From NCBI GenBank assembly GCA_030390025.1, contig CM059433.1, positions 10,976,001 to 11,040,000 of the forward strand: DNA of 64,000 nt, written 5' to 3'. Position 1 is the stretch's first letter, and every line of letters begins with the position of its first letter. The notes under the pieces were generated by a model. The model searched no databases and was not told the origin of the DNA. It saw only the letters and a list, made by a program, of their open reading frames with translations. The translations under genes and the position numbers were made by a program. This document shows positions 12,154 to 23,862 of this stretch, piece after piece. Source of the DNA: Squalus acanthias (lineage: Eukaryota).

Positions 12154-12241
12154 GATGCCGGTGTTGGACTGGGGTGGACAAAAATGAGAAGTCGCACAAC
12201 ACCAGGTTATAGTCCAACAGTTTTATTTGAAATCACGAGCT
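12154..12241 (-). mobile_element. Solo Penelope terminal fragment
   Basis: Matches 1131-1180 (acaaaaatgagaagtcgcacaacaccaggttatagtccaacag). Confidence 0.75.
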
Positions 12242-12681
12242 GAGAAGATTCAGCTTTGCTATATGTACTATTCTGAAATGCAAATGAGATGTTTTGCCGT
12301 TCATCCTTCTTCCTCCTCCAACAAACAGAAAATGAGAGGAATACCCAATAGGATTCACATAACCATAGCAATCAAATATGCCGTAACCAAAATCCGGGCT
12401 GAAAAAAAATCAATAACTTTCATTTATATAATGCCTTTATTATAGAAAAATACCCTAAGACATTTCACAGAGGAGAAAACGAGCTGGCACTGAGATTTTG
12501 CAAGAGGGAGGGTTAGGAGATTCAGCTCAACGCTTGGTCACAAGGAACGACAGCATTTGGAAATGATCTTATGAACAATTCCAGCTGGTCTCTTTTTCAG
12601 AAGTCATGTGCCGCCCGCCCTGAATGCGCCCGACCATCTCCATGTTTCATGTGGGGGCAACTGAGTGCCAAGTGCATTAGC

Positions 12682-13296
12682 CCGTGAGAGAATTGGGGAA
12701 ACCGTGAGAGAACGGGGAAACCGTGAGAGAACGAGGAAACCGTGAGAGAACGGGGAAACCGTGAGAGAACTGGGAAACCGTGAGAGAACGGGGAAACCGT
12801 GAGAGAACGAGGAAACCATGAGAGAACGGGGAAACCGTGAGAGAACGGGGAAACCGTGAGAGAACGGGGAAACCGTGAGAGAACGGGGAAACCGTGAGAG
12901 AACGGGGAAACCATGAGAGAATTGGGGAAACCGTGAGAGAACGGGGAAACCGTGAGAGAACGGGGAAACCGTGAGAGAACGGGGAAACCGTGAGAGAACT
13001 GGGAAACCGTGAGAGAACGGGGAAACCGTGAGAGAACGAGGAAACCATGAGAGAACGGGGAAACCGTGAGAGAACGGGGAAACCGTGAGAGAACGAGGAA
13101 ACCATGAGAGAACGGGGAAACCGTGAGAGAACGGGGAAACCGTGAGAGAACGAGGAAACCGTGAGAGAACGGGGAAACCGTGAGAGAACGGGGAAACCGT
13201 GAGAGAACGAGGAAACCGTGAGAGAACGGGGAAACCGTGAGAGAACGAGGAAACCGTGAGAGAACGTGGAAACCGTGAGAGAACGGGGAAACCATG
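12682..13296. repeat. 19-bp purine-rich minisatellite, about 32 copies (ccgtgagagaacggggaaa)
   Basis: Direct tandem repeats with variants acgagg, actggg, attgggg and ccatga. Confidence 0.97.
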
Positions 13297-13719
13297 CTTG
13301 ATCTCGTTAAATTTCAGTTACCGTGATTTTAATATTTAAATGATGCTCCAGCAGAGGGCAGCCAATAGATCGCATGTTGTTAACATGGGGCGGGGAGACG
13401 GGGAGACAGTGATACGCATCTCCACCCAAATTGATGGCCCCCATTTGCCAGTTCCATTGCCAGCATCACTGGCCATGCAGATTGGAAAATATATCTTAAT
13501 ATTCACTTTTTTTCCCAATAGCTTCTCTTTTACTGTAGTTTTATTTTCTCTGCAGTCATACTGTTCCTCATTACATAACATTTGACACCATGTGAGCTCT
13601 TTAACTGTATGTTTGTATATTCGATAGCAATTCTGGCACCGCATGTCATCAGTTTAGTGTCTTAAGTTAAAAGCACATGGAGCCATCTGTCATGCTACCA
13701 CCCTTCGTAAACTTCAGTC

Positions 13720-14225
13720 CATCTAAAACTCTGCTGTCCGTATTCGAACTTGCACCAAGTCCCGTTCACCCATCACCCCTGTGCTCGCTGACCTACATTG
13801 GCTCCTGGTCCAGCAAGGCCTCGAATTTAAAATTCTCACCCTCGTTTTCAAATCCCTCCATGGCCTCGTGCCACCCCCCCCCCCCCCCCCCCCCCGCCCC
13901 TCCCAATTCTGTAATCTCCCCCAGCCCTCCAACCCTCCAAGGTCTCTGCGCTCCTCTATTTCTAGTCTCTTGCGCATCCCTGATTTCCATCACCCCACCA
14001 TTCAACTGCTTAGGCCCTAAGTTCTGGAATTCCCTCCCTAAACCTCTCTGCCTCTCTACCTTCTTTCCTCCTCAAAACCTGCCTCTTTGGTGAAGGTTTT
14101 GGTCACCTGGCCTAACATATCTTTATGTGGCTCGGTGTCAAATTTTGTTTGATAACGTTCCTGTGAAGCGCCCTGGGGCATTTTACTACGTTAAAGGCGC
14201 TATATAAATGTAAGTTGTAGTTGTA
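13720..14225 (+). mobile_element. L2-clade LINE 3' end
   Basis: LADLHWLLVQQGLEFKILTLVFKSLHGL; tail ggcgctatataaatgtaagttgtag. Confidence 0.85.
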
Positions 14226-14477
14226 GAAAATTCACTCGTTGCTGTTCAGGTAGCCTTGCCTTCACGTTCTTACTGAACCACTTGTCATTTAATCTGAATC
14301 ACTATCGAAGTGGTCTGATGTGACAATAGGATCCAAAGTAATACAGCCAGTGCATAACTATGGGGGAAAGTTTCACCTTTGGCACCCCTGGAGCAGAGCT
14401 TCACATCCCAGGACAGCATATCAGGAACAGGGAGTACTGGAGATGAAAATTTAGCCTCTATGTCTGAAATTGCTTAT

Positions 14478-14893
14478 AAATGAGACAGAACTTTTTCCAA
14501 CTGAATATCAGCAAGATCAAAGCCATCCCGTTTGACTCCTGCCAAGAAACACCACCCCTCTCGGCCCCAACTCCCTCCCGCTTACTCAGGCTGAACCAGA
14601 CAGTGTATAATCTCAGTGTCCCGTTCGATTCTGAGCTGATCTTCAAACACTGTGCCCAAGGACGCTCACTTCTACCTCCACAGCATTCCTGACCTCACCT
14701 CTATTGCCACTGAAACCCCTACCCGTGCTCCTATTTCCTCCCGATTTCACTTCCCAATGCCCTCCCTGTGGGTTCCTGACTCCATCCTGCAGAAAGTCCA
14801 ACTGATCCAAAATTCTCCCACCTGCATCCTGTCCCTCAGTAAGTCCCACCTCTGACCTCCACTGGCCCTCCCTCCCCCAATGCGTTAAATTCA
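14478..14893 (+). mobile_element. Old, degraded L2 fragment
   Basis: MRQNFFQLNISKIKAI...YNLSVPFDSEL and LQKVQLIQNS resemble the L2 RT C-terminus. Confidence 0.6.
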
Positions 14894-15992
14894 AAGGGGG
14901 AATCGAACTCATCCCACCCAGCGGAACCAGGAGCAGGCCAATCACCCGCTCCGTAGGGATTTTAACACCGCTGTCGTGGGGGGTAGGGGGGGAAGGTGAG
15001 GGGCTAATATCGAGCCCTGTATAAATGCGAGTTGTTGTTACGTTCATGGCTGGATTATATCTCATGTTAGCTGTTTATTCTCTTGTCGTGTGTACCTGTT
15101 CCCAGGATAAACAGCAAGCCTCTCAAACACCTTTGCTGTTTTTGTGCGCATTTTAACACAGCCGAACCGGAATTCACTACAGAAACCAGAAGTGAGCGTC
15201 AGATAGAAGGAGTTGAGAAATTAGTTAAGATGTGGCAACCTTACATGACCCAAACAGGGTGTGCCAATCAGACATTTCCCAGAAGGTGAGGTCATATGTT
15301 TTGTGTGTTAGCTATACATATGACAGCACATTTATTTTTATTTTGTAGTTGAGTTCAGTCAGATTTCCATTGACTTTGATGGGCTTATTCGGGTTCAGAC
15401 GAAACCAATCTACTGAATTTAGTTTTATCAGCACGATACACCAGGGAGGAACAAAGGAGTTTAGTAACAAATTTCAAAAGGTTTGCACAAACTATCCCTG
15501 GCATAATTTCGGAGCTAGCAATCATTCACAGGCCCTGGGGCTGTCGGGCTACTTTCAGGCCAAGACTGCAGAGAAATTGCGATATTTTTAAATCCTTGTG
15601 GTCTTGCGGCAGCTCTTTTATAGGAGTTTTAGAATGCTGCAAAGGATATATCAGTATATCTTTTTTTTCTGTGTAATAAGCCTTGCAATTTGCTGCCATT
15701 AACTCTCCTCCCCAAAGTGGTTACTCATGGCAATAACAACAACAACTTGCAGTTATATACCTCCCATGGCACTTTACAGAGGTGTAATCAGGCAAACAAA
15801 CGGACGTGATGCAAAGAAGGCGATATTAGGCGGGTTGAAATATTGCTCACAGTGGTGTGTTTTAAGGAGGGTCTTGGAAGAGGAGAGGGAGGTGGGGTTT
15901 GTGGAGTAAATTCCAGAGTGTGGGGCCAGAGTCGGAGGAACAGAGAGTCCTGAAGGGGAGGTGGGGTTGTCGGCTGGAGGAGGTTAGAGAGA

Positions 15993-16435
15993 TAGAATCA
16001 TAGAAATTTACGGCACAGAAGGAGGCCATTCGGCCCATCATATCTGTGCCGGCCGAAAAAGAGCTCTCCAGCCTAATCCCACTTTCCAGCTCTTGGTCCG
16101 TAGCCCTGTCGGTTTCGGCACTTCAAGTGCATATCCAAGTATTTTTAAAATGTGATAAGGGTTCCTGCCTCTACCACCCTTTCAGGCAGTGAGTTCGAGA
16201 CCCCCACCACCCTTTGGTTTAAAAATGTTCTCTTTAACTCCCCTCTAATCCATCTACCAATTACTTTAAATCTATGCCCTCTGGTTATGGACCTCGCTGC
16301 TAAGGGAACTAGGTCCTTCCTATCCACCTTATCTAGGCTCCTCATAATTTTATCCATCTCAATTAAGTCTCCCCTCAGCCTCTCCGTTCCAAAGAAGACA
16401 ACCCCAGCCTATCCAATCTTTCCTCATTGCTAAAT
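15993..16435 (-). mobile_element. CR1 LINE 3' fragment
   Basis: KIMRSLDKVDRKDLVPLA...TRGHRFKVIG...QRVVGVSNSLPERVV; (ttctatga)n tail. Confidence 0.9.
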
Positions 16436-16529
16436 CTACAAAAACAACCTTGCCTGCTGCCGCACCGAGTACCTACCCCCGCCCCAGAGATCGGACCTAC
16501 CTTTTCTTGGGCCTGGGGCTGGCCGTGTC

Positions 16530-17566
16530 ACCAAGTATTGCACTGGCACCAGTACTGGGGAAAGAGGGAGCTGTTCCGATGGGACGGGCTCCACTTAAAC
16601 CGGGCTGGGACCAGTGTCCTGGCGAATCGATTAACTAGGGCAGTAGAGAGGGCTTTTAAACTAATGAAGGGTGGGGGTGGGAGGATTCAGGAAAGAGTAA
16701 ATTTAAAAGCAGCAAGAGAAATGTAAAGGCTCTAGAGCAGAGTAGAGATTTGGGTAAAGATAAGCAGAGTGAGTCAGGAAGGGACAGAGAGAGTAACAAA
16801 GGTAATAGGGCATCAGTGACTAAGGTGACATCAGAGAAAAATAGTAAAAGGTCAAAGCTAAAGGCACTATATCTGAATGCGCAAAGCATTCGCAACAAAA
16901 TAGATGACTTAATAGTGCAGATAGAAATTAATAGGTTTGATCTAATAGCCATTATGGAGACGTGGTTGCAAAGTGGCCAAGGTTGGGAACTGAATATTCC
17001 AGGATACTTAGCTTTTTGAAGATATAGGCAAAATGGAAAAGGAGGAGGGGTAGCCCTGATAATAAAGGATGGGATAAAGACAGTAGGAGAGAAAGGATCT
17101 TAGCTCCGAAAATCAGGATGTAGAATCAGTTTGGGTGGAGCTAAGAAACAGCAAGGGTCAGAAAACATTGGTGGGAGTTGTTTATAGGCCCCCAAACAGT
17201 AGTTGTAATGTAGGGCAGAGTATAAATCAGGAAATTAGAGGCGCATGTAACAAGGATAATACAGTGATCATGATCGACTTTAATCTACATATAGACTGGG
17301 CAAACCAAATTGACAGTAATAGTGTGGAGGACGAATTCATGGAATGTATGCAAGATAGTTTTCTAGATCAGTATGTTGAGGAACCAACTAGGGAACAGGT
17401 TATTTTAGATCTAGTATTGTGCAATGAGAAAGGGTTAATTAATAACCTTGCTGTAAAGGGGCCTTTAGGGAAGAGTGACCATAATATGATAGAATTTTAT
17501 ATTGAGTTTGAAGGTGATTTAGTTAAATACAAAACTAGGGTCTTAAATCTAAACAAAGCAAACTAC
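16530..17566 (+). mobile_element. Host CR1 LINE, piece 1: ORF1 esterase C-terminus and ORF2 APE endonuclease, interrupted by the ERV
   Basis: DGLHLNRAGTSVLA (SGNH esterase), LYLNAQSIRNK, ETWL, GVVYRPP, DFNL, ILDLVL, SDHN. Confidence 0.9.
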
Positions 17567-18965
17567 TGTAGGTAGGTGAACCCGCACCTTCCCTCTTATA
17601 CTGTAATTCCAGAATCCGACCTGAACCCATCTGGGTGGGGCTCACCATTCAGTACAACTCAGTATTCTTTTAACTGTTTATTGTACTACGGATAACATAC
17701 AAATGTCAATGCACTGCTCCATTTAACTTCAAACACCACTCACCCCAGCGATCACTCGAAGGAATATGTTTCCATCTGTACGGGTGATCAAATCCATCCG
17801 CAGTTCCCTTGCAAGTTGCCGACGTTTGTCCCTAAACTCAACCTTTTTATAATACAAAGATCATACCCATGACAATTGATTGACGCAACCCCCCTCCCCC
17901 CCTTTGATTGTACTATCTTAATCTTGTCTGTCAGCTGTGGCTCAGTGGGTAGCACTCTCACCTCTGAGTCAGAAGGTTGTGGGTTCATAATCCCACTCCA
18001 GGGACTTGCGCACATAAAGCTAGGCTGACGCTCCAGTGCAGTGCTGAGGGAGCGCTGCACTGTCAGAGGTGGCGTCTTTCGGAAGAGACGTTAAACCGAG
18101 GCCCTGTCTGCTCTCTCAGTTGGATGTAAAAAGATCCCATGGCATTATTTCGAAGAAGAGTAGGGGAGTTATCTCCCGGTGTCCTGGCCAATATTTCTCC
18201 CTCAACCAACATAACAAAAGCAGATTATCTGGTCATTTTCACATTGCTGTGTGTGTGACCTTGCTGTGTGCAAATTGGCTGCCGCATTTCCCACATTACA
18301 TCAGCGACTCTACTTCATTGGCTGTGAAGCGCTTTGAGACATCCAGTTGTCCTGAAAGGTGCTATATAAATGCAAGTCTTTCTCTCTGTTTCTGCAAATC
18401 TATAGAGTACTTGATTTGATCACTTCTCCATCCTGGGTCAGTGAATAGTCCATTATCACACAAAGGTGTTTTGATGGGGAAAAGTTCCAGGCTTATCAGC
18501 ATTCTGAAAGGTTGGCGAATGGGTTTTACTCCAGCAACAATTTCGATATTAACATCTCCAAAGGATGAGGGAACCGATCCAGACTCAGTGGAACCATAGT
18601 CTTGTTAACAGCCTGACCACAGGAGTTCAATGGACAGGACAGTCAGTTAAATTTAAACAAACACATGTCATTGTGTGGCCTGATCACTCCAGCTACTTCC
18701 TTGGTTAGCATATTCATAAAGTCGATCAATCGTGTCTGTGTCTCTGTGTGAATAATTTCCTCCTGCATTCCGTTCAGCTCACAGCTTGTTTTAAAAGTTC
18801 ATTTAAAAGTCCCGTTGGTTCCTCGAGGCATGCCGGGATATGAAGCTTGGTCAAATCTCTTATGATTGGTCAATTTACAAAACTGCCTGTACAGTACAGC
18901 CGCTTAACCCTTTAATGTCGGTTTACTTTCAGTTAAGTGCGTTCTTGCTGCAGGACTGGCTCCAG
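17567..18965 (-). repeat. Probable 3' LTR of the ERV, containing a SINE insertion; its 5' boundary is uncertain
   Basis: On the minus strand: TATAAAAAG (~17843-17851), then AATAAA (~17677-17682), then terminal CA at 17567 abutting CR1 sequence. No second LTR is present for comparison. Confidence 0.55.
17927..18388 (+). mobile_element. Near full-length SacSINE1-like SINE inserted in the ERV LTR region
   Basis: tRNA head, Deu core, tail ggtgctatataaatgcaagtctttct. Confidence 0.9.
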
Positions 18966-19017
18966 GAGTCCACCCCCAAGTGACTGATGTACTGACTCCT
19001 CAGGGAATCAGTCACTT

Positions 19018-20783
19018 TTAAACCAGCTTCTCCTGTTCTTGCTGAACCAAGACCTCACACATTAGCTTCCGCCGTCTTTTCTCCGCCATCACCAGACATA
19101 GCAAATAGATCCCAATGATCAATTGGATTATGACCAATACATGCGACACGATTCTTATCCAAGGATTTATCTCAACTCTAGTTCCCCAATTCCATAATTG
19201 GTTCCACTATGGGATAATTTTGATATTTTGTATGTCTTTCCCCACTTCACATTGTCTTTGTTTTAATTCCCGCAATACATACATGCTGGGTTACATCAAG
19301 ATCATTCAGTAGTTTAGTTACTTTAGCCTGAACTTCGGGTTCAAGTAAATCTATATCCTAGCCAAACTTACTAACAAATTCTTTCGTGTTCGAATTAGAG
19401 AGTGGGTCTGATACATCGATACCAGTTTCCTTTCCTAGGTGTAAGGGTTGGAGGATCCTCTGTCCTATCAATACCACATGAGCAGGCTCAATACAAAAGG
19501 TTGGTTGTATAACTGGATGTGTCAAATTATTGCCATAAATAAAAGATTTTACAGTAGCGGTTGCACAACACATTCCATTCCCTCTATAAGCAGAGTTAAC
19601 AACTCCATGTCTTCCTGATGTTGATTGCATGGGACAATTTGCCCTCTTCCCAGAGAATCCACATGCTGATCCTTTATGGTCATGTAGTCTATAGGGACAA
19701 ATTACTGTCTCTCTCACTTGCTGACATCCTACCAGGTCTGTGGGAATCCACCGATCGGCTCCACTCGCGGAGGCTGTTACAGGCTACATAAGGAGCATTG
19801 TCTCGGTGTTCCGTTACGATTTGTGTCCCATGCAATACATCTCCAATGTTTTCTACTCTAAACAGAGGGTATCCCTGATGGTTTGGAGTTATGAGAGGGA
19901 ATTTGAACACTATTCCTACCACTGCATCATTAGCAGGACTATCACATTTGTGATTAACTACTTGAGCCTTAATCAACCTTCTGAATTTACATATACTCAC
20001 ATTAGGTGAAATTTCATAATCTGTCAATTGTGTTAAGTGTTCATTGCTAACCCAATCAGGTACGTATCCCTCCTCTAATTTCTCTAAATTATGGCGGGTT
20101 TGTTCTACTAACCCACTCCCATACATCATGCACACGTCATTCCGAGCTGCTTCTGTGCTAGCATTTCGATCTTCCTTGATGAGCGGATCCACCTTTCCAG
20201 CAGTATCTAAAATAGGATTAGTGAGTTTTGTTAAATGGAGAGTCATTATCAGGTCCTCCTATAGTTGCTGTTGCATTAAATTATTGCTCTGCTGTAAGAT
20301 ACTTTTGACTTGCTGCTTAGCTTTCCTTAATTCACTATCCATTGTTCCTAAATCTAATCTATTAGAAGCCATTCCTGCCGTATTGACTCCCGTTACTATA
20401 TCATTAATCAAACTCCTTCTCTTCCTCTTTCCTTGTGGGCTTTGGACCGTGACCACTGCAGTAGGTGGCGTAGACCACTTCTCCACTTCTTCCTAATGAT
20501 TTTTCAAATCTTTGGATTCCCACGAATCTCCAGTGTCCCCCCAAAAGTCTTCAACTACTTGTTGCCGCATTTTATCGATGAGCTTTCGGGAGTCTCTTTT
20601 ACACCAGCTCGGCCATCTTGCCTCGGTCAAATTCAAAATAACTGGAATTATCTGATAAAGTACGTTTTGATATAAAATCTGATTGGCTGGGACCAATACC
20701 AGGCCATTTTTGGGTCCTGGTATTTGCTTTGGACGCTCTGGAGGTTTTTGTTGTTTTGATTCGGGTGTTTTCTTTGGTGCCAT
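19018..20783 (-). pseudogene. env: Envelope glycoprotein with class I fusion (F-protein-like) layout, disrupted
   Basis: Joining ORFs 20493..20783, 20259..20486, 19689..20246, 19358..19717 and a frameshifted tail gives KRKRR|SLINDIVTGVNTAGMASN, heptad-like helices, a Cys cluster, WNQLWNWG and TM WIRIVSHVLVIIQLIIGIYLLCLVMA followed by EKRRRK and stop at 19018. Several stops and two frameshifts. Confidence 0.8.
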
Positions 20784-20785
20784 TT

Positions 20786-21640
20786 TTAACTAGGTCTTCC
20801 TGTCATCAACTCATGGGGTGAATACCCTGTGGTACGAGCGGTACTCCCCCTAATATTCATCAACACCAGTGGCAACACTTCATCCCATTTCTTCTTTTGT
20901 TCATCCAGTTCTTTCCTAAGTCTTTCTTTTAGGCTTCTATTCATGCGCTCTACAATTTCTGAGGACTGCAGATTATGGCTTACATGCCATTTCCCTTCAA
21001 TACCCAGCAGTTTCAAAGTCGCTTGTGTTACGTGTCCAGTAAAGTGACTTCCCTGATCTGATTCCACGATCCGTGGTAGTCCCCATCTAGAGAATACCCA
21101 CTTCACCAGGATTTTAGCCGTAGGTACGGCAGTAGCCACCTTACATGGAAACACCTCAACCCATTTGGTGAAGTTATCTACCAGAACTAAACAGTACTTA
21201 TTCCCTCTGCTGGAAGTTGAGAGAGGTCCTGTACAATCTGTCAGCACACACTGCCAAGGCCCTTCTGATCTTCAGGTGTGCCCCAAAGGTGCCTTTCTCC
21301 TATGTGGGTCTGGATTATTGGCCGCACAAATCAGACAATTATGACAAAAATTCTCCACATCCTCCCTCTGATGAGGCCACCATCCCACTGCATTTAATCT
21401 TCTCCATGTTTCCTCTACACTAGGATGCCCTGCTCCCAGTCCCCCATGTACTAATCGGAGAAAATCCTCCCTCTGGGCTGCAGGCACCACCCATTTATCA
21501 TTCTTGAACAACATCCCTTCTTTGATTCCCACTTCAGGTCTTCCATAGGGTCCCTCAACAGTCTCGCCCTTTTCTAGTTTGCCCAACACCTCCCTGAGTA
21601 CTGGATCCGCCTTTTGCACTTCCGTAAGATCACTCACTCT
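20786..21640 (-). pseudogene. pol: Retroviral integrase, frameshifted, C-terminus missing
   Basis: HGGLGAGHP...CHNCLIC (HHCC); D.TGPL...LVLVDNFTKWVE...SDQGSHF...SSEIVERMNRSLKERL (DDE). Confidence 0.92.
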
Positions 21641-21699
21641 CACTGGCTCAACCGCTGCCATCATTGCTATTTCTCCCATTCCTTCCATGGGATCCCAAG

Positions 21700-22027
21700 G
21701 CACTCCTCCTACAGTGCCTTTCTTTGCTAGCATGTCTGCTTTCTCGCTTCCTTCCCATCTTGGCTCTGTCTTAGAGTGAGCCTTCACTCTGTGTATAAAA
21801 TAGTCCTATTTCCCTTCATTGTTCCTGATCACCTGCAGCACCGTCTTCAGCAGAGGGCCACTAGAGCTCCATCTACCAATAGTAGGGCTGGACACCGTCC
21901 CTTCTTTAATTCTCCCATCTACCAATAATCTCGTCGGAGTATGTACCGTTCCCAGGGTTACCATGGCGGGTTCCGTAAATACAGCAAAGTACTTAACTGC
22001 CCAATAGGTAGCTAACAGATGTCTCTC
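21700..22027 (-). pseudogene. pol: End of the RNase H tether plus C-terminus of a second RNase H (internal deletion between them)
   Basis: ERHLLATYWAVKYF...HTPTRLL...IGRW, followed by HRVKAHSKTEPRWEGSEKADMLAKKG (VKAH...G.E.AD.LAK motif). Confidence 0.75.
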
Positions 22028-22561
22028 AACAACAACAACAACAACAACTTGTATTTATATAGCGCCTTTAACATAGTAAAACGTCCCAAGGCGCTGCACA
22101 GGAGTATTTTAAGACAAAAAATTTGACACCGAGCCACATAAGGATAAATTAGGGCAGGTGACCAAATGCTTGGTCAAAGAGGTAGGTTTTAAGGAGCGTC
22201 TTAAAGGAGGAAAGAGAGATAGCGAGGCGGAGAGGTTTAGGCAGGGAATTCCTGAGCTTAGGGCCCAGGCAACAGAAGGCACGGCCACCAAAGGTTGAGC
22301 GATTATAATCAGGGATGCTCAAGAGGGCAGAATTAGAGGAGCGCAGATATCTCGGGGGGGTTGTGGGGCTGAAGGAGATTACAGAGATAGGGAGGGGCGA
22401 GGCCATGGAGGATTTGAAAACAAGGATGAGAATTTTGAAATCGAGGCGCTGCTTAACCGGGAGCCAATGTAGGTCAGCGAGGCACAGGGGTGATGGGCGA
22501 ACGGGACTTGGTGCGAGTCAGGACACGGGCAGCTGAGTTTTGGATGACCTCAAGTTTACGT
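22028..22561 (-). mobile_element. L2 LINE 3' end inserted into pol
   Basis: Same family as 62757-63272; (gtt)n tail; splits the pol peptide YSP|ERHLL. Confidence 0.9.
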
Positions 22562-23860
22562 AGGGTGAGTACATCATTTCTACCGGAGTTAATGTCCAAG
22601 AAGCGTACGCTACTGGTCTAAGTTTCCCATGGGCTGATTGTAACAGTACTGCACTTAAACTAACTTCCGTAGCTGCAAACTCTAGCCAGAAATTCTGCGT
22701 AGGGTCTATCGCTCCCAAGGCTGGGGCTGTTTGCAGCTTTTCCCTAAATGTGTGAAAAGCCCTCTCACATTCCTCCGTCCACTCCCATTTGGCTGACTTC
22801 CGTGCTAATGTGTGCAAAGGTCTAGCTATACCTGCATAATTCTCTATAAACTCACGACAATATCCCGTCAGTCCTAAAAATGATCTTAAAGTCGAAACAT
22901 CCTCCGGGATCGGTAACACTTTCCTTTTTGTCTCAGCTATGCCTCTCTCTCCCGGTCTCAGTGTGAGCCCCAAAAATTGTACCCCCTTTTGCCCTATCTG
23001 AGCCTTTTTAGGGTTTACCTTCAACCCGCATCGCGTTAGGAGCTGCAACAACTCCTTCAGCAACACCATATTTTCCTCAGGAGTCTCTGTGAATAGTAAC
23101 AAGTCATCCACATACTGGATCAGCTTGTCCCTGCCGGAGAACCCTTCGAAACACTTAGTCATTTGCTGATGGAATATTGATGGACTATCATGAAACCCTT
23201 GTGGCAGACATGTCCACGTGTGCTGCTGCACTTTAAAGGTGAAGGCATATTTGTACTGATCTTCTTTTCTCAACGGAATAGACCAAAACCCATTAGAAAT
23301 ATCCAACACAGCGTACACTTCCACGGAGCTTGATGTACTGCCAATCAAATCTGTCACAGCAGCGACCGTTGGGGCACGTGCTGGAATGTTCTTATTTAAT
23401 ACCCTATAATTGATCGGCATCCTCTATGATCCATCTGGTTTCTTAACAGGTCAAATCGGTGAATTTACGTGTGTTGCCAGAGGTCTTAAGTCCCCTTGAT
23501 CCACGAGGGACTTTACAGCTACCTCTAAATCCCTCTCAGCTTCTTTTGGGGAAATTATATTGCCTCTGCCGGGGTTTTCATAGCTTCTCCCTCTCCTACC
23601 ACCTCTTCTCCTGGTATTCTCCCGCAGTCCCGCAGTGTGTTGGGCAAACGCCCCCTTCTCCTGCTCTATAATGGCTTTACTCCACTCCGGGCTTTCTTTC
23701 ACTAATGTCTCCCAGTCGTATGCTCCCTTTCCCGAAACCCCACACACCTTTCCTTGCCCATCCACCGCCCTTCCAGAAACAGTGATTAACTAGATCCATC
23801 ACTGAGCCATTTGCTTCCATACAGTCTGGATCCCAATACTCCTCTCTCCTCATCCCAATT
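22562..23860 (-). pseudogene. pol: Reverse transcriptase and start of a degenerate RNase H (tether)
   Basis: NSPI.PV.KPDG, INYRVLNK, LDISNGFWSIPL, TWTCLPQGFHDSPSIFH, QYVDDLLL, FLG, LRSFLGLTGYCR, SLSAVLLQ...RPVAYAS. Confidence 0.92.
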
Positions 23861-23862
23861 TA

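Noticed and set aside
12597..13295. 232-aa and 142-aa repetitive ORFs
   Set aside because: They are translations of the 19-bp minisatellite.
19018..20783. Intact, domesticated env (syncytin-like) gene
   Set aside because: At least four stops, two frameshifts and no signal peptide in this copy.
22562..23420. Foamy virus assignment from the YVDD motif
   Set aside because: Gag has a CCHC knuckle, which foamy Gag lacks; the env has an early cleavage site; no accessory ORFs are seen between env and the LTR.
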